Below are positions 60,505 to 64,000 of a stretch of 64,000 nt of DNA, one piece after another; within the stretch, counting starts at the first letter, position 1; the number at the start of each line of letters is the position of its first letter. The DNA is taken from positions 40,000 to 103,999 of the IMG/VR virus record IMGVR_UViG_3300042907_001527; one strand, given 5' to 3'. The position numbers were made by a program, and so were the translations under genes. The DNA comes from a virus. Under the pieces are notes generated by a model. It was given only the letters and a program-made list of their open reading frames with translations. It was not told where the DNA came from and ran no database searches.

Positions 60505-61253
60505 TGATAGAATCTTTGTCAGCATCAACCGAAGAAGTTTTATCTAAAAAAAGAGGTAGAAAAGCTGTAAATTTAAATTATTTTGATGTTGCAGAAGAAA
60601 CTGCGGTTAGAAGTTTTTTATTAGCAAAAACCTCAGAAGAAAAAAATAAAATATATAACGAATGTTTGAAAGAACCTCTCGATAAAATGATTTCATCAAT
60701 CATACGAAGATATAAGTTATATCGAAAAGATATGGATTTTAATGAAATTCATTGTGATACTCACTCATTTTTAATGACAAAAGTTGACAAATTTAAACCG
60801 TCAAAAGAAAAAAAGGCATATTCTTATTTTGGAACAATTTGTAAAAATTACTTAATGGGTCAAATAATTAAAGACCAAAAAGAAACAAATAGAAAAGTGT
60901 CATATGAAGATATGTCACAAAGTATTGAGGAAAGACCTGATATGATGTATCGAATTGACGATGAAGAAATGGATACTAACGCAATTATTATAAAATATTT
61001 AAACGAATTACGGTATTTCATTGAAAATGAAAATTTAAGTGATAATGAAGTAAAGTTAGGATACGCCTTAATTGATTTATTTGATAATTATGAATCTATT
61101 TTTTCAAGTGCGGACAATAATAAATTTAATAAAAATGTCATCTTACTATCGTTAAGAGAAATGACCAATCTTAGTACAAAAGAAATTCGTGGCTCAATTA
61201 AAAAATTTAAAAAATTATATATTTTAATTCAATCAAAGATGAAAATAAATTAA
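60504..61253 (+). CDS. Phage sigma-factor-like protein (candidate late sigma)
   Basis: Region-2-like KFKPSKEKKAYSYFGTICKNYL plus a C-terminal helix-turn-helix-like LREMTNLSTKEIR. Confidence 0.6.
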   Translation: MIESLSASTEEVLSKKRGRKAVNLNYFDVAEETAVRSFLLAKTSEEKNKIYNECLKEPLDKMISSIIRRYKLYRKDMDFNEIHCDTHSFLMTKVDKFKPSKEKKAYSYFGTICKNYLMGQIIKDQKETNRKVSYEDMSQSIEERPDMMYRIDDEEMDTNAIIIKYLNELRYFIENENLSDNEVKLGYALIDLFDNYESIFSSADNNKFNKNVILLSLREMTNLSTKEIRGSIKKFKKLYILIQSKMKIN

Positions 61254-61257
61254 AAAG

Positions 61258-61264
61258 TATTTAT
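61258..61264 (+). promoter_or_regulatory. Putative late promoter TATTTAT
   Basis: 3 nt upstream of ATG 61268. Confidence 0.55.
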
Positions 61265-61267
61265 AAT

Positions 61268-61633
61268 ATGCCAAGACCACAACGTAAAGAAATTAATTTT
61301 ACTAAAGATTCAATATTATCTTTAATGCAAGAAATTTATAATGAACTTGTAGAACAAAGGCAAACAGCAATCAGAATTCAAAATAAAATGTTGACAATGT
61401 TGAAAGACCCTGAAGACATGACAACCATTGGTCCTGTTATTGAAAAACAACAAAAAATTGTTAATGATTGTGTTGAAAAAAAAATTAGTTTATCAAAATT
61501 ACAATCCGGTATTTGGGAAAAATCAAACAACAATACAGAATCACTTTCACTTGCTGATTTAGATGATGATTTAATTCAAAATCTGATTGATAAAGATGTG
61601 TCCAGTAATGAAGAATCTTATAAAATAAAGTGA
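61268..61633 (+). CDS. Hypothetical coiled-coil protein
   Basis: 121-aa ORF with a late motif upstream. Confidence 0.7.
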   Translation: MPRPQRKEINFTKDSILSLMQEIYNELVEQRQTAIRIQNKMLTMLKDPEDMTTIGPVIEKQQKIVNDCVEKKISLSKLQSGIWEKSNNNTESLSLADLDDDLIQNLIDKDVSSNEESYKIK

Positions 61634-61634
61634 T

Positions 61635-63734
61635 ATGGCGGCTACTGACTTAAACCAAGGACAAATTGAAGCTAAAAGTAAAATTTCGGCAATTAAAAAC
61701 TTTTCGGAAGTTTCTAGTTCTGAAAAAAAATTAAAAAAGAGCGCGGGTAATTCAGAATCAAAAGGAATCCCTGATATTGCTTCTAGTCTTGATAACGCAT
61801 CAAAAGACCAAAAAAGATATTTAAAACCTCCACCAAATTCTTTTGAACAAGTATTGGAGATGATAGGTTTAACTAGTGGTAATGGTTCTGAAACTTTAAA
61901 ATATTTAAAAAAAAAATTATTGTTAACGGCCATTAAAATAGAGCCTGAAATTAAAAAAATCATAACTAAAAACGCTATAAAGGCTTTAGGTTGTTCTCAA
62001 GAACAAACATTCCAAGGATTTACTTCCGATTTTTTAGAGCTTAATCCTTTGAACACTCTTCCAGTAGGTCAAGGAATATATGTTCCAATTGAATCTATGG
62101 ATATTTCAGGAATGTTAAAAACTACAACAGATTCAAAAATAGGTAAAGTAGTTTATGAAAAACCTAACCCAAATGTGATTGAGAACGTATATAAACCTTA
62201 TAAAGGAAAAAAGCCGTTCCCAATGAATAAAGAATTTAATAACAGATTACAGGGAACATTTGTAACAAATTCATTTAATGGTGAATATGGTAAATATTAT
62301 CAAGGGGTATCAAACCAAAACTTATTTGATTTTCAATATAGCCCAACAAACCAATTTGGTGTTGACCAAGCATGTTTTAAAGTCGCTTTAATATCCAAAG
62401 TTAACGAATCATTAACTATAACCGGTGGCTCAGCAAATAAAGTTATTGATTTTTTAGAAGATTATTACGGAACAATTAAACTTTTTGATACTACTGACTT
62501 TACCGCAGTTATGATGAATGCTGTGTCAGGTGCAATAAATATTAAAGCAAATCTTACTTCAGATGAGATTAGCAAACAATCACAATTTATGTTAATTCTT
62601 CAGAGAATATTAGGTCTTTGTTTTGACTCAAGAAGAGAAATTGACGTTAGTGGAGTTTCAAAAATTGCCGAGTTAGATGGTGTTGACGAATCATTTTTTG
62701 AACTTACTGAAATTGATTTAAGAAATATTGATGTACAAATTAGTAATATACAAAATGGTGTTATGGAACTTGTTGATTGTGATAACGTAAAAGTTCCTGT
62801 TGATTATGAAACAATAATTGATGGATTAATTGACCTTAGAGAAACCGAAAATTTATCTTCAGCATTAGAAGTTAATAAAATTATTGCGATTAGTGATTCT
62901 TTAGTTCAAAATCCTGATTGGAAAGTCCTTTTACCAACAAATTTAAATTTGCAAGTTTTTGATGAAGATTTTATAAAAAAAATCCCGTTATCCGTTGCGG
63001 GAGCAATTTTAAGCCCAAAAGTTTTATTTCCAATTTTTGTTTTAATGCAGTCACTTGAATCCAATGCAACAAATTCTTTTAACTCTGCGGTAACATCAGC
63101 AAACACTTTTATTCAAAGCGCTAATACTATTGGTAATTCGGTTAATAATCTTATTAATAGTAACGTTGATTTTTTAAAAACTTTTAAAAAGTTTAATATA
63201 GAAATTGTTGCAGAAATTGGGGCTATTTTTGTAACCGAACTTTTTAATATATTAAAAAAAGATTTAATTAATCTTATGAGACCAATTATCACAGATATTG
63301 CATATGACGTTTTTAAAGCCAAAATGCAAACGATAGAAAGATTAATTACTATTGCCTTAATTATTAATCAAATTGTAATAGGGGTTAAAGATTACAAAAA
63401 ATGTAAATCTTTAATTGACGATATTTTAATAATACTAAATTTAATAAGTTCTTTAGCCCCTCCAGGAAGTAAAATACCTAAAATATTATTATTATTAACA
63501 AATTTTTTACCTGGAACTTCAGCTTCAAGGGCAAGTATTAATACAATAGAAGAACTACAAAAACTTGGAATACCTACAGGTACTTTACCTGATGGTTCAC
63601 CAAATTTAATGTTATTGGCGGACTTAGCATCTAAAAGAGCAACAAAAAAAGAATCTGCTCAAAATGGAAAACTTGACGCTATTGGAATTAGTGCTGATGG
63701 CAAACCGGTTCGGATTAGTGGAAAATCTATATAA
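61635..63734 (+). CDS. Large hypothetical, probably virion, protein
   Basis: 699-aa ORF in the late operon that leads to the spike gene. The C-terminal helices are hydrophobic. Confidence 0.7.
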   Translation: MAATDLNQGQIEAKSKISAIKNFSEVSSSEKKLKKSAGNSESKGIPDIASSLDNASKDQKRYLKPPPNSFEQVLEMIGLTSGNGSETLKYLKKKLLLTAIKIEPEIKKIITKNAIKALGCSQEQTFQGFTSDFLELNPLNTLPVGQGIYVPIESMDISGMLKTTTDSKIGKVVYEKPNPNVIENVYKPYKGKKPFPMNKEFNNRLQGTFVTNSFNGEYGKYYQGVSNQNLFDFQYSPTNQFGVDQACFKVALISKVNESLTITGGSANKVIDFLEDYYGTIKLFDTTDFTAVMMNAVSGAINIKANLTSDEISKQSQFMLILQRILGLCFDSRREIDVSGVSKIAELDGVDESFFELTEIDLRNIDVQISNIQNGVMELVDCDNVKVPVDYETIIDGLIDLRETENLSSALEVNKIIAISDSLVQNPDWKVLLPTNLNLQVFDEDFIKKIPLSVAGAILSPKVLFPIFVLMQSLESNATNSFNSAVTSANTFIQSANTIGNSVNNLINSNVDFLKTFKKFNIEIVAEIGAIFVTELFNILKKDLINLMRPIITDIAYDVFKAKMQTIERLITIALIINQIVIGVKDYKKCKSLIDDILIILNLISSLAPPGSKIPKILLLLTNFLPGTSASRASINTIEELQKLGIPTGTLPDGSPNLMLLADLASKRATKKESAQNGKLDAIGISADGKPVRISGKSI

Positions 63735-63735
63735 T

Positions 63736-63942
63736 ATGACAAAAGAAGAATTTGAAAACATTTTAAATTTACAAAACAATTTAAAAGAATTACCTAATAC
63801 AAAGTTAGTTGAAGTTATGGATAAACTAACTGTCACATTTGATTTAACTAAAGAAAATGTAATTAGTTTAACAATATATTTAGATAAACTTGAAGAATTA
63901 TATAATAATACCCTTAAAGAATATCAATCTAGAAAGTTATAA
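63736..63942 (+). CDS. Hypothetical protein (68 aa)
   Basis: ATG 63736 follows the previous stop (MTKEEFENIL...). Confidence 0.65.
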   Translation: MTKEEFENILNLQNNLKELPNTKLVEVMDKLTVTFDLTKENVISLTIYLDKLEELYNNTLKEYQSRKL

Positions 63943-63944
63943 AC

Positions 63945-64000
63945 ATGGACGATAATACAATTTTTTTTCAAATAACTGTCCTTGACAATCAAGACCCAAT
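63945..64000 (+). CDS. Start of a probable baseplate spike (gp5/VgrG OB-fold), partial
   Basis: MDDNTIFFQITVLDNQDP matches the V.D..DP start of gp5-like OB folds, but only 18 codons are visible. Confidence 0.45.
   Translation, partial: MDDNTIFFQITVLDNQDP

Noticed and set aside
2378-63963. Other 60-130 aa ORFs nested in or antisense to long genes
   Set aside because: They overlap well-supported genes and show no recognisable motifs.
1-64000. Stop-codon recoding, inteins or introns
   Set aside because: Long genes are intact in the standard code, and the polymerase and helicase motifs are contiguous at normal lengths.

Overview
This AT-rich 64 kb window comes from a large lytic myovirus (Caudoviricetes) with T4-like virion modules. 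A Bacteroidota-type host is plausible because starts lack Shine-Dalgarno sites, but this is unproven. All family calls come from motif recognition, not database searches. 1-18.6 kb (minus strand) is a contractile-tail module: baseplate proteins, tape measure, gp26-like chaperone with a probable frameshift extension, tube, sheath, gp15-like and gp14-like proteins. 18.6-26.6 kb carries a SNF2 helicase, a superoxide dismutase fused to a nuclease-like domain, a gp13-like neck protein and a family B DNA polymerase. 26.6-39.6 kb holds four glycosyltransferases led by a GT60 polypeptide O-GlcNAc transferase-like gene, beside a cluster of Thr/Pro mucin-like lectin-domain proteins. 39.6-42.3 kb has small late genes including a stand-alone WYL protein. 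42.4-61.3 kb is a long plus-strand glycan operon with about 9 more glycosyltransferases, a Gmd/ColD/Fcl(ColC)-like GDP-deoxysugar pathway, aminotransferase, acetyltransferase and methyltransferase, plus dUTPase, exonuclease, PhoH and a sigma-like factor. Late genes follow to the window end. The main candidate system is a phage-encoded mucin-type O-glycosylation pathway that could build a colitose/fucose-capped glycan coat on the virion, with a possible [S/T]-G-x-T acceptor motif. A TATTTAT motif precedes most structural genes. No tRNA, rRNA, CRISPR array, intein or IS element was recognised.
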